Shown piece after piece: positions 10,563-20,140 of a stretch of DNA of 64,000 bases (position 1 is its first letter; each line of letters starts with the position of its first letter). A program made the translations under genes and the position numbers. Under the pieces are notes generated by a model. That model did not search any database, was not told where the DNA came from, and saw nothing but the letters and a program-made list of their open reading frames with translations. Origin of the DNA: an uncultured Lachnospiraceae bacterium (GTDB lineage: Bacteria > Bacillota > Clostridia > Lachnospirales > Lachnospiraceae); the NCBI GenBank assembly GCA_910585295.1, contig CAJUDE010000003.1:2321-66320 (forward strand). The letters run 5' to 3'.

Positions 10563-11465
10563 ATGGGACCATTGATCAATGCGCTTCCCGGGTCTGTGGC
10601 GCAGGGCCTGATATGGGGGATTTTGGCGATTGGCGTATATATTACCTATAAAGTATTGGACTATGCGGACCTGACGGTGGACGGCAGTTTGGCTACAGGC
10701 GGGGCAGTGGCAGTCATTTGCATTACTGGAGGCATGAACCCGTATCTGGCTGTTGCCATGGCATTTGGCGCAGGGATGCTGGCAGGGCTTGTGACAGGGC
10801 TGTTCCACACCGCGTTTGGCATCCCGCCAATTTTGTCAGGGATTTTGACGCAGTTAGGGCTGTATTCTGTCAATATGCGGATTTTGGGAAAATCCAACCA
10901 GGCGGTCAGCGTTGACCAGTACGAACTGCTGGTAAGCCTTCGGTATATCCAAGAAGCGTGCATTACCGCAGGGATTTGCTGCCTTGTGATTACCCTTATT
11001 TTATACTGGTTCTTTGGCACAGAGCTAGGCGCCGCTGTCCGGGCTACCGGCTGCAACCAGAATATGGCTAGGGCGCAGGGGATTAATACCAACACCCAGA
11101 AAGTACTGGGGCTTGTGATATCCAATGGGCTGGTGGGCGTTTCTGGCGCGTTATATGCACAATATCAGGGCAGTGCGGACGTCAATATGGGCAGAGGCGC
11201 CATTGTGATTGGCCTTGCGGCGGTAATTATCGGGGAAGTGGTGTTTGGGAAAATATTCCATAATTTTGCGCTGCGGATGCTTGCGGCTGTGATTGGGGCG
11301 ATAATTTACTTTATTGTAATTGCCATTGTGCTGCAGCTTGGGCTGTCCACCAACGATTTGAAGCTGTTCTCGGCATTGATTGTGGCGCTGTTTTTGGCAA
11401 TCCCATATTTGAAGGGCAGGTATTTTGCTTCCACAGCCAGAAAAGGAGGCAGGGCAGATGCTTAA
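10563..11465 (+). CDS. ABC transporter permease
   Basis: Hydrophobic; DLTVDGS, RATGCN, GLAAVIIGE motifs; in operon with binding protein and ATPase. Confidence 0.88.
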   Translation: MGPLINALPGSVAQGLIWGILAIGVYITYKVLDYADLTVDGSLATGGAVAVICITGGMNPYLAVAMAFGAGMLAGLVTGLFHTAFGIPPILSGILTQLGLYSVNMRILGKSNQAVSVDQYELLVSLRYIQEACITAGICCLVITLILYWFFGTELGAAVRATGCNQNMARAQGINTNTQKVLGLVISNGLVGVSGALYAQYQGSADVNMGRGAIVIGLAAVIIGEVVFGKIFHNFALRMLAAVIGAIIYFIVIAIVLQLGLSTNDLKLFSALIVALFLAIPYLKGRYFASTARKGGRADA

Positions 11466-12252
11466 GATTGAACAAGTGTATAAAACCTTTAACCCTGGCA
11501 CCATCAATGAAAAAAGGGCGTTGAACGGCATAAATTTGGTGTTGAATGAAGGGGATTTTGTGACAGTGATTGGCGGGAATGGAGCTGGGAAGTCCACGAT
11601 TTTAAATATGATTGCCGGGGTATATCCCGTAGACCAGGGCAGGATATTGATTGATGAAATTGACGTGACAAAGCTTCCAGAGCATAAGCGCGCAAAGTAC
11701 CTGGGCCGGGTATTCCAAGACCCAATGACAGGCACGGCGGCAAATATGAACATAGAAGAAAACCTTGCCATTGCCGCAAGGAGGGGCAAGAAACGTTTCC
11801 TGGGCTGGGGCATAACTGGAAAAGAGAAAGAGGAATACCAAGAAAGGCTGAAGGCGCTGGACCTTGGGCTGGAAACCAGGATGACAGCAAAAGTCGGGCT
11901 GTTGTCAGGCGGGCAGCGGCAGGCGCTGACGTTGTTAATGGCGTCTTTAGAGAAGCCGAAGCTGCTGCTGCTGGACGAGCATACGGCAGCCCTGGACCCA
12001 AAAACAGCAAAAAAAGTCTTAGATTTGACAGAGGAAATTGTCAATAAAGACCATTTGACCACCCTTATGATTACCCACAATATGAAAGACGCGATCCGCC
12101 TTGGGAACCGATTGATTATGATGCATGAGGGCAGGGTGATTTTCGATGTGGCAGGGGAAGAGAAGAAATGTTTGAAAGTGCCGGATTTATTGGCGAAATT
12201 TGAGGAAGCCAGCGGCGGGGAGTTCTCCAATGACCGTATGATGCTGTCCTAA
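11458..12252 (+). CDS. ABC transporter ATP-binding protein
   Basis: GGNGAGKS, LSGGQRQ, LLLDEHTAALDP; start taken at ATG 11458 after AGGAGG. Confidence 0.92.
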   Translation: MLKIEQVYKTFNPGTINEKRALNGINLVLNEGDFVTVIGGNGAGKSTILNMIAGVYPVDQGRILIDEIDVTKLPEHKRAKYLGRVFQDPMTGTAANMNIEENLAIAARRGKKRFLGWGITGKEKEEYQERLKALDLGLETRMTAKVGLLSGGQRQALTLLMASLEKPKLLLLDEHTAALDPKTAKKVLDLTEEIVNKDHLTTLMITHNMKDAIRLGNRLIMMHEGRVIFDVAGEEKKCLKVPDLLAKFEEASGGEFSNDRMMLS

Positions 12253-12256
12253 ACGC

Positions 12257-12296
12257 AAAGGCGTGCCGGAACGTGATGTTCCGTCGCGCTTTTCTT
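12257..12296 (+). terminator. Intrinsic terminator after the ABC operon
   Basis: Bulged stem AAAGGCGTG.CGGAAC / GTTCCG.CGCGCTTTT followed by CTT. Confidence 0.6.
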
Positions 12297-12405
12297 AATG
12301 GAACATTACCGTTTTTTAGGAATTTTTAAGAAAAAATATATGGCAACGGGGATGGAAGTATGGTACGATAAAACCTGTTGAGAGAAGTTTTCGCATACAG
12401 GATAG

Positions 12406-13134
12406 ATGAAAGCTGGAAAAGAAAGTTTATTGGATTTGCTGTTTCCCCCAAGATGCCCGTTTTGCGATGGGGTTTTGTTTTGCTCCATGTTGGCTCCAAG
12501 GGAATTTGTGTGCAAAAGGTGCAGGGATAAGGCAGAATATGCCAAGGAGCCTGTATGCTGCCTGTGCGGGCAGCCTTTGGAGGATAGAAGGGAAGAATAC
12601 TGTTACGACTGCAGCAGGAAGAAGCACAGCTATACCCAGGGGAAAGCCTTGTGGGTGTATAAAGGGGCGGTAAAAGATTCTTTATACCGGTTTAAGTACC
12701 AGAACCGACAGGAATATGCAAAATATTACGGCAGGGAGTTATGCCGTGTGCATGGAGGGTGGATAAAGCGGTGTAAGATACAGGCAATCGCCCCAATCCC
12801 ACTTTCTAAGAAGCGCATGCGCCAGCGGGGCTTTAACCAGGCGGAGCTGGTGGCAAGGCATGTGGGGAGGGAACTTGGCATTCCAGTTTATCCGGGCTTG
12901 CTGCTGCGTGTCAGGGATACAAAGGCCCAAAAGGAATTAAATGACGAAGAAAGAAAAAATAATCTGAAAAGGGCTTTTAAAACCAGAATAAATAAGGTAC
13001 AATTAGACCATATCTTACTGATAGATGATATTTATACGACCGGAAGTACGATGGATGAGGCCGCAGGAGAGCTAAGGCAGGCCGGGGCAAAGAAAATATA
13101 TTGTCTAAGCATCAGTATCGGAAGAGGGTATTAG
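12406..13134 (+). CDS. comF: ComF family protein (zinc ribbon plus PRTase)
   Basis: LLFPPRCPFC, multiple CxxC, RGFNQA, LIDDIYTTGST. Confidence 0.9.
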   Translation: MKAGKESLLDLLFPPRCPFCDGVLFCSMLAPREFVCKRCRDKAEYAKEPVCCLCGQPLEDRREEYCYDCSRKKHSYTQGKALWVYKGAVKDSLYRFKYQNRQEYAKYYGRELCRVHGGWIKRCKIQAIAPIPLSKKRMRQRGFNQAELVARHVGRELGIPVYPGLLLRVRDTKAQKELNDEERKNNLKRAFKTRINKVQLDHILLIDDIYTTGSTMDEAAGELRQAGAKKIYCLSISIGRGY

Positions 13135-13145
13135 GAGGAAGAGAT

Positions 13146-13553
13146 ATGGAAGTAAAAAATTGCAGAGGGTGCGGAAGGCTGTTTAATTATCTTCAAGGAC
13201 CGCAGTTATGTCCAGGCTGCATGTCAGATTTGGAGGATAAGTTTCAGCAGGTAAAACAATTCTTGAGGGAGAACCCGAAAGCGCCGTTGAACGTAATTGC
13301 TGAGGAGAATGATGTTTCAGTAAAACAAATCAAGCAATGGGTAAGGGAGGAACGCTTAACTTTCACAGAGGAGTCCCAGATTACCCTGGAATGTGAATCA
13401 TGCGGTGGGAAGGTCCTGACTGGAAGGTTTTGCGACAGGTGCAGGACAAGCCTTCAAAATGAATTTTCCGGTGCGATTAAACGCACAACCGGAAGTGTGG
13501 CTCCTAAGAAGAATACAAGCCAGAAAGACAGAATGAGATTTTTGGATAGTTAA
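13146..13553 (+). CDS. Flagellar operon protein, YvyF-like
   Basis: NCRGCGRLF...LCPGC, IKQWVREERL, CESCG...GRFCDRC; RBS AGGAGG before ATG 13146; follows comF as in Bacillus. Confidence 0.8.
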   Translation: MEVKNCRGCGRLFNYLQGPQLCPGCMSDLEDKFQQVKQFLRENPKAPLNVIAEENDVSVKQIKQWVREERLTFTEESQITLECESCGGKVLTGRFCDRCRTSLQNEFSGAIKRTTGSVAPKKNTSQKDRMRFLDS

Positions 13554-13722
13554 GACTGCCGGCAGGATTTGCTGCCCATGGACAGGAAGTATCAGAAGGG
13601 GGTACAGTTCAGGGGGCATATCCTGTCGGTTTTACCGTTTTGGATGGCAGGAAAGGCTTTTCCTAAAGGTGAATATGTGCTATAATGAAGCTGAATAATT
13701 ATGGAAAATGGACGGTGTGCTT

Positions 13723-14121
13723 ATGTTAAATGAAGAAAGGATTCGTCTTATGACCAAGATGGCCTCCTATGAAGCCAGGGAAGGGAAAGAACATATGCCC
13801 ATCAAGCAATATTACCGGAAGGATTATGTGAGTTATGAAATGATTAAGGCCTTTGTTACATCAACCATATCCTTTGGCATACTGTTTTTATGCTGGATAA
13901 TATACAAGATGGATGGATTGACAGAATTTTTGGAAGGGAAGGACTTGCCAGGCTTGGGGGCCTCTATTGCAATCAAGTATGTGGTTTTTGTCTGCATCTA
14001 TCAGATAATTGCCTTTTTTGTGTATACCTGGCGGTATAAGAAAGCGACTGCCAGCGTAAAGGAATATTACTATACATTGAAGAAGGTAGAGAAGCTCCAG
14101 GAGAAGGAAGAGAGATTATAG
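13723..14121 (+). CDS. Conserved hypothetical membrane protein
   Basis: ORF with two hydrophobic segments; extended -10 TGCTATAAT upstream; start could be 13708. Confidence 0.65.
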   Translation: MLNEERIRLMTKMASYEAREGKEHMPIKQYYRKDYVSYEMIKAFVTSTISFGILFLCWIIYKMDGLTEFLEGKDLPGLGASIAIKYVVFVCIYQIIAFFVYTWRYKKATASVKEYYYTLKKVEKLQEKEERL

Positions 14122-14132
14122 CCTTTGGAGGG

Positions 14133-15131
14133 TTGGAAATGACAGGTTTGTTAGAAGTTAGGGAGAAGCTTCGCTTTTTTTATGGGAAATATGAAATCTA
14201 TGTGGCGGCGGCCATCAGGTTCTTTTTGGGCATTGTGGTTTTTTCTGTGATAAACAGCCAGATTGGCTATATGGAGCAATTGGACCAGCCAGCGGTTGTG
14301 CTGCTGGCGTCCCTTGTCTGTGCATTTTTGCCAATTAATGCCATGGTTGTGTTGGCCTGCGGCATGGTGCTTTTGCATCTGTACGCCTTGGCTTTGGAAG
14401 CTTGCGCCATTGGGCTGTGTGTTTTTTTGCTGTTGCTCTTTATGTATGGGAAGTTTGCGCCGAAAAATGGTTATGTGGCTATTTTAACTGCATTGCTTTG
14501 TTTTTTCCGGGTGCCGCAAGTAATGCCTGTGGCAACAGGAATGTTAAAGGGGCCTTCTGCATATCTTTCTGTATTGTGTGGTGCAGTTTCATATTATTAT
14601 ATTACAGGGGTGCAGCAGAACCTTGTGAATTTCACATCCACAGAAGAGACGGAAGGGTTTGCCAAGTTCACAGCGGCGTTGCGTATTTTTACTGGGAATA
14701 AAGAGATGTACTTAGTGTTGGCGGCTTTTTTTATTACCTCATTGGTGGTATATGCAATCCGCCGGCAGTCTATTGATTATGCATGGCGCATTGCAATGTT
14801 TGTAGGGAATGCTGTGGAATTGGTAGTGCTGTTGGTAGGCTACCTTCTGCTGGATTTAATGGATAAAGCCGTATGGGCGGCCGTGGGGATTTTTATATCT
14901 GTCGTGGTTTCCCTGGTTTTAGAGTTTTTCCTCTATAACCTGGACTATTCCAGGGTGGAGCGGGTGCAGTTTGAGGATGACGAATATTATTATTTTGTGA
15001 AAGCGGTTCCCAAAGTGTTTGTCGCCAAGAAAGATAAAAAGGTGAAAAGGATCACCCCCAAGAAGCGGACGACAGTGGGGCGGAGGGAATTGGCCAGAGA
15101 ATTGGATATCGACCAGGATTTGTTGGAATAA
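14133..15131 (+). CDS. Multi-pass membrane protein of unknown function
   Basis: 332 aa, many TM segments, C-terminal LDYSRVERVQFEDDEYYYFVKAVPK; RBS GGAGG. Confidence 0.75.
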   Translation: MEMTGLLEVREKLRFFYGKYEIYVAAAIRFFLGIVVFSVINSQIGYMEQLDQPAVVLLASLVCAFLPINAMVVLACGMVLLHLYALALEACAIGLCVFLLLLFMYGKFAPKNGYVAILTALLCFFRVPQVMPVATGMLKGPSAYLSVLCGAVSYYYITGVQQNLVNFTSTEETEGFAKFTAALRIFTGNKEMYLVLAAFFITSLVVYAIRRQSIDYAWRIAMFVGNAVELVVLLVGYLLLDLMDKAVWAAVGIFISVVVSLVLEFFLYNLDYSRVERVQFEDDEYYYFVKAVPKVFVAKKDKKVKRITPKKRTTVGRRELARELDIDQDLLE

Positions 15132-15174
15132 ATATAACAGAGAATATAACATTTTATAGAAAGGGGATGAAACT

Positions 15175-16080
15175 ATGATAAAGGATTTATTTGCAATATT
15201 GAATTCCTTTGCGTCAAAGTACCTGTTCTGGGTGGACAGCTACACCATTACAAAAATTGATATTGCAGAGATAATTATAATTTCATTCCTGATTTATAAT
15301 ATTTTGATTTGGTTTAAGCAGACCAGGGCGTGGAACCTGCTGAAAGGGATTATTGTAGTGCTGGTGTTTGTGCTGGTTGCGGCAATATTCCAGATGAATA
15401 CCATTTTGTGGATTGCAGGAAAAACCATCAATGTGGCTGTAATTGCAATTATTATCGTATTCCAGCCAGAATTACGGAGGGCGTTGGAGCAGCTTGGGCA
15501 GAAAAGCTTTATTACGTCGCTGTTTTCTTTTGATTCCCAGAAAAATCAGGAGCGGTTTAGCGAGCGCGTCACCAATGAACTTGTAAAAGCAACGTATGAA
15601 ATGGCGAAAGTGAAGACAGGGGCGTTGATTGTAATTGAGCAGGATGTGACGTTGAAAGAATATGAGCGGACTGGGATTGCATTGGATTCGCTGGTGTCCA
15701 GCCAATTGCTGATTAATATTTTTGAGCATAATACACCCCTGCATGACGGGGCTATTATTGTGCGGGGGAACAGGATTGTGTCTGCGACCTGTTACCTTCC
15801 CCTTTCAGATAACATGGGACTGAGCAAAGAATTGGGAACAAGGCACCGTGCAGCGGTAGGCATCAGTGAGGTATGCGATGCCTTGACGATTGTTGTCTCA
15901 GAAGAGACAGGGAATGTGTCTATTGCCATTGGCGGCGAATTGTACCGCAATGTAGATGCAGAATATTTGAAGGGGAAATTAAATTTCATCCGCAAGGGTT
16001 CCATGGATGTGGCAAGGTTTAAGATATGGAAAAGGAGGATGAAGAATGTTAAGGAAAATGATGAAGCATCTGGTAAATAA
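15175..16080 (+). CDS. cdaA: Diadenylate cyclase CdaA
   Basis: Three N-terminal TM segments, FQPELRRALE, TPLHDGA, LGTRHRAA, VSEETG. Confidence 0.95.
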   Translation: MIKDLFAILNSFASKYLFWVDSYTITKIDIAEIIIISFLIYNILIWFKQTRAWNLLKGIIVVLVFVLVAAIFQMNTILWIAGKTINVAVIAIIIVFQPELRRALEQLGQKSFITSLFSFDSQKNQERFSERVTNELVKATYEMAKVKTGALIVIEQDVTLKEYERTGIALDSLVSSQLLINIFEHNTPLHDGAIIVRGNRIVSATCYLPLSDNMGLSKELGTRHRAAVGISEVCDALTIVVSEETGNVSIAIGGELYRNVDAEYLKGKLNFIRKGSMDVARFKIWKRRMKNVKENDEASGK

Positions 16081-17431
16081 CCCCTGGCTTAAGGTTTTGT
16101 CCGTCCTCCTTTCCGTTGTGCTATGGATGGTTGTGGTGAAGATGGCGGACCCAGATTTTACAAAGCCATTTTCCGTCCCGGTGGAAATACTCAATAAGGA
16201 TGTTATCCGGGCTATGGGGAAAGTGCCGGATATCGTTGGGGATACGGATATTGCAGTGTTTTATATTTCCGGCCCGCGCAGCTATGTGGAAGATATGACA
16301 GGCGATGATTTTAGCGTAACTGCAGATTTAAGCCAGGTGGATTTGACCCAGGATGGGGAGCGGAAGCTAATCCCCATTGAAATTAGCGCGAAAAAGAATG
16401 ACAAGAAGATTGAAATAGTGAAAAAGACGGTGAATATGCAAATCACTTTAGAAGACCTGTCGGAGCAGAAATTTGTCATTTCCCCAGAGGCCACAGGGAC
16501 TCCTGGGGATGGCTGTGCCATTGGGGATGTGGAAGTGATACCAAACCTCCTGCAGGTTTCCGGGCCGGAATCTATCGTCTCCCAGATTAACCGTGTTTCG
16601 GCCTCTATCAATGTAGATGGGGTTTCTGGTGATGTGTCTGACAATGTGAAGCCGACCTTATATGATGAGAATGGGGACATGATTTCCTCTGATTTGTTGG
16701 AGATGAACCAGAATGTGGTCACAATCAGGGCAAAAATCCTGAGTACAAAGAGCATACCAATCCGCTGCCAGGTGAGTGGCGCCCCGGCAGATGGATATGA
16801 GTATAAAGGGGTGGAATACGCACCAGAAGAAGTGTTGGTCAAAGGGGAGGCGTCCCTTCTGAACAGCATAAGCGCAATCAATATTCCAGAAGGCGTGGTC
16901 AATATAGAAGGGGAGAAAGAAGATAAAGAAGTAGTTGTCGATATCACGCCATATTTAGGGGAGAGCGGGGTTTCCCTGGTGGATGAAGCCACAAATCAAA
17001 TTCTGGTCCGTGTTCTGATAGAGAAGAAGGAGACGAAAATGTTTAGTTTTCCTGTAGAGCGCATCCAGGTCACTGGATTGGATCCAGATTTTGAGCTTAC
17101 TTTTAGCGGGAATTCCGCGCAGATTTCCGTCAGGGCTTCCAGAGAAGAAATAGGGACACTGCAGACGGGGGATATCAATGCGGCCCTTGACGTATCAGGG
17201 CTGGAGCCAGGGACCCACACACTTCAGTTAAATGTGGTTTTACCAAGCGATAAGTTTGAGGTGGTAGACACTGTAAATGTACAAGTGACAATTACAGATA
17301 AAAATGCACAGCCAGAAGTGGAAGATGATGAAGGCCAGGAAGGCGTAAATAGGCCTGATGGCGGAGGGGCGTCGGGCGACACCATGGTAGACAGAGATGA
17401 GAATGATGCAGGCCAGGATAGGGAGGAATAG
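16046..17431 (+). CDS. cdaR: CdaR/YbbR-domain regulator of CdaA
   Basis: N-terminal TM followed by repeated YbbR-like beta domains; between cdaA and glmM. Confidence 0.88.
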   Translation: MLRKMMKHLVNNPWLKVLSVLLSVVLWMVVVKMADPDFTKPFSVPVEILNKDVIRAMGKVPDIVGDTDIAVFYISGPRSYVEDMTGDDFSVTADLSQVDLTQDGERKLIPIEISAKKNDKKIEIVKKTVNMQITLEDLSEQKFVISPEATGTPGDGCAIGDVEVIPNLLQVSGPESIVSQINRVSASINVDGVSGDVSDNVKPTLYDENGDMISSDLLEMNQNVVTIRAKILSTKSIPIRCQVSGAPADGYEYKGVEYAPEEVLVKGEASLLNSISAINIPEGVVNIEGEKEDKEVVVDITPYLGESGVSLVDEATNQILVRVLIEKKETKMFSFPVERIQVTGLDPDFELTFSGNSAQISVRASREEIGTLQTGDINAALDVSGLEPGTHTLQLNVVLPSDKFEVVDTVNVQVTITDKNAQPEVEDDEGQEGVNRPDGGGASGDTMVDRDENDAGQDREE

Positions 17432-17487
17432 ATTTTGCGCCTGGATAATATGACAGATTGGGAACATCCGCAGAAATGGAGGAAGTT

Positions 17488-18837
17488 ATGGCAAGAATGT
17501 TTGGGACAGACGGGGTAAGGGGTGTGGCAGGCACAGAACTTACCATTGAATTAGCAATGAAATTAGGGCAGGCGGGCGCATATGTGCTTACAAAGGAAAA
17601 GTCATACCAGCCCACGATTATTGTAGGGTGCGATACCAGGGTTTCCGGCGGGATGCTGGCAAATGCATTGATGGCGGGGATTTGTTCTGTAGGGGCAAAT
17701 GCCGTATATATGGGGGTAGTCCCCACGCCAGCCATTGCTTATCTGGTTCGGAAGCATAAGGTGGAGGCAGGGGTTGTTATTTCTGCGTCCCATAACCCTA
17801 TGGAATTTAACGGCATTAAGTTTTTTAACGGGGAGGGCTATAAGCTATCGGATGAATTGGAAGATGAGATCGAAGCCCTGATTAAAAATGGGATGAAAGA
17901 TGTTACAATGCCAATTGGTTCTGGAATTGGGAATATTAGCTATCGGTTTGACGCCAGGGAAGAATATGTATTCTTTATGAAGAAAACGGTGCCAGTGGAT
18001 TTAAGCAATATGAAAATTGTAGTGGACTGTGCAGAGGGGGCTTCCCATTATACGGCGGTTGAGACTTTAAAAGGCCTTGGGGCAAACCTTGTGGCAATCC
18101 ATACCAACCCAGACGGCACCAATATCAATGCGAACTGCGGCTCTACCCATATGGATGAACTGCGGGCAAGGGTGGTGTATGAAAAGGCAGAGATAGGCCT
18201 TGCCTTTGACGGCGATGCAGACCGGATGCTTGCAGTAGATGAAAAAGGGGATGTTGTAGACGGCGACCAGGTTATGGCGATTATTGGGAATTATATGAAA
18301 GCCCAGGGCAAGCTGAAAAAGGATACCATCGTAGGCACGGTTATGAGCAATCTGGGATTTACATTGATGGGCAAAGAACATGGCATCCATATTGAGCAGA
18401 CCAAGGTAGGCGACCGCTATGTTTTGGAAAATATGAGGGAAAATGGATATAATATTGGAGGGGAACAGTCTGGGCATATTATTTTTCTGGATGAAAACAC
18501 CACAGGGGACGGCCTTTTAAGCGCGCTGCATTTGCTGCAGGTAATGGTGGAAACAAAGGAGCCTTTGTCTAAGCTGTCAGAAATTATGGAGGTCCTGCCG
18601 CAAGCGTTAGTAAATGCGAAAGTGCCGAACCATAAGAAAGAGCATTTTATGGATTATCCAGAAATTGCACAGGCAGTGAAGGGTCTGGAACAGAAGTTTG
18701 CAGGAGAGGGAAGGGTCTTAATCCGCCCTTCTGGGACGGAGCCATTGGTCCGTGTTATGATTGAAGGGAAGGATCAGGCAGAGATCAATCAGGATGCAAA
18801 GGAATTGGCAAACCTGATTATGAGGAACATGCTGTAG
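17488..18837 (+). CDS. glmM: Phosphoglucosamine mutase
   Basis: FGTDGVRG, ISASHNP, FDGDADR, GGEQSGH, RPSGTEP; RBS GGAGG before ATG 17488. Confidence 0.97.
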   Translation: MARMFGTDGVRGVAGTELTIELAMKLGQAGAYVLTKEKSYQPTIIVGCDTRVSGGMLANALMAGICSVGANAVYMGVVPTPAIAYLVRKHKVEAGVVISASHNPMEFNGIKFFNGEGYKLSDELEDEIEALIKNGMKDVTMPIGSGIGNISYRFDAREEYVFFMKKTVPVDLSNMKIVVDCAEGASHYTAVETLKGLGANLVAIHTNPDGTNINANCGSTHMDELRARVVYEKAEIGLAFDGDADRMLAVDEKGDVVDGDQVMAIIGNYMKAQGKLKKDTIVGTVMSNLGFTLMGKEHGIHIEQTKVGDRYVLENMRENGYNIGGEQSGHIIFLDENTTGDGLLSALHLLQVMVETKEPLSKLSEIMEVLPQALVNAKVPNHKKEHFMDYPEIAQAVKGLEQKFAGEGRVLIRPSGTEPLVRVMIEGKDQAEINQDAKELANLIMRNML

Positions 18838-18900
18838 TGAATGGAAAATTAATTTGCCCTGGGGCTGCAATAAGAACGAATATGTATTGGAGGAGCAAAA

Positions 18901-19164
18901 ATGGTTAGTCAGAAAGTAACGATTAAGAACCCTACAGGCCTGCATTTGCGGCCGGCAGGTATTTTATGTAAGGAGGCAGTGAAATTTAAGTCCTTGATTA
19001 CGTTTAATTTCAAGGGCGGGACAGCTAACGCGAAAAGTGTCTTAAGCGTGCTGGGCGCATGTATCAAATCAGGGGATTCCATAGAATTTGTCTGCGAAGG
19101 GGAAGATGAAGGGGAAGCCCTTGAGGCGGTAGTCGCTGCGGTAGAAAATGGCCTTGGGGAATAA
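18901..19164 (+). CDS. ptsH: HPr family phosphocarrier protein
   Basis: 87 aa; GLHLRPA (His15) and NAKSVLSV (Ser46). Confidence 0.9.
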   Translation: MVSQKVTIKNPTGLHLRPAGILCKEAVKFKSLITFNFKGGTANAKSVLSVLGACIKSGDSIEFVCEGEDEGEALEAVVAAVENGLGE

Positions 19165-19175
19165 CAGGGAAAATT

Positions 19176-19218
19176 AGGAAGCCGGTTTCATGTGGGACAA
19201 TGTGAGGCCGGTTTTCCT
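19176..19218 (+). terminator. Stem-loop or terminator after the HPr gene
   Basis: AGGAAGCCGGTTTCATGT / ATGTGAGGCCGGTTTTCCT inverted repeat with G-U pairs. Confidence 0.6.
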
Positions 19219-19263
19219 TGTATGGAAAATAGCTTTGGATGATATTAAAATATGGAGGGAAAT

Positions 19264-20118
19264 ATGAAGAAAATTTTAGTGACAGGCTGCAACGGGCAGC
19301 TTGGAAGGGCGCTTAATAAAGAATATTCTAAGGAATTGCTGGTAAACACTGACGTAATGGAAGGGGATGGGATAAAAGCCCTGGATATTACAAATATCGA
19401 TGCTGTGATGAAGCTGGCAAGGGAGGAAAATCCGGACGTGATTATAAACTGTGCGGCCCATACGGCGGTGGAGCTTTGTGAAAGCCAGTGGGACCTTGCA
19501 TATCAAATCAATGCCATTGGGGCGCGGAATCTAAGCATTGCCGCTGCAGAGGTCGGGGCAAAAATGGTTCAGGTATCCACAGATTATGTATTTGATGGGA
19601 CTGGAACAAGGCCTTATACTGAGTTTGACAACCCTGGCACAACTAGCGCATATGGCAAGACAAAGCTGGAGGGGGAGCGGTTTGTAAAAGAATTTGCCCC
19701 TAAGCATTTTATATTAAGGACGGCATGGCTCTATGGGGATGGAAAAAATTTCCTAAAGACTATGTTAAAGCTTTCAGAGGAGCATGAAGAGGTAAAGGTG
19801 GTGAAAGACCAGTTTGGGACGCCAACCAGCGCGGCGGAATTGGCCAGGCTGATTAAATTTTTAGAGCCTACAGAAAATTATGGCACCTTCCATGCCACTT
19901 GTGAGGGGCAGTGCAGTTGGGCGGAATTTGCGGGAAAGATTTTTGAACTGGCAGGGAAGGCTACAAAGGTAATCCCGATTACAACAGAGGAGTATAATGC
20001 AAAAGTGCAAAGGCCGGCATATTCTGTCTTGGATAATTATATGCTGCGCCTAACTTCCAATTATAAGATGGCAGATTGGGAAGTGGCATTAAAGGAATTT
20101 ATGGATGGGTTACAGTAG
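19264..20118 (+). CDS. rmlD: dTDP-4-dehydrorhamnose reductase
   Basis: GCNGQLG, NCAAHTAV, STDYVFDG, YGKTKLEGE, DQFGTPT, RPAYSVL. Confidence 0.93.
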   Translation: MKKILVTGCNGQLGRALNKEYSKELLVNTDVMEGDGIKALDITNIDAVMKLAREENPDVIINCAAHTAVELCESQWDLAYQINAIGARNLSIAAAEVGAKMVQVSTDYVFDGTGTRPYTEFDNPGTTSAYGKTKLEGERFVKEFAPKHFILRTAWLYGDGKNFLKTMLKLSEEHEEVKVVKDQFGTPTSAAELARLIKFLEPTENYGTFHATCEGQCSWAEFAGKIFELAGKATKVIPITTEEYNAKVQRPAYSVLDNYMLRLTSNYKMADWEVALKEFMDGLQ

Positions 20119-20140
20119 GCAGCATAGAGGAGACTCCAAG

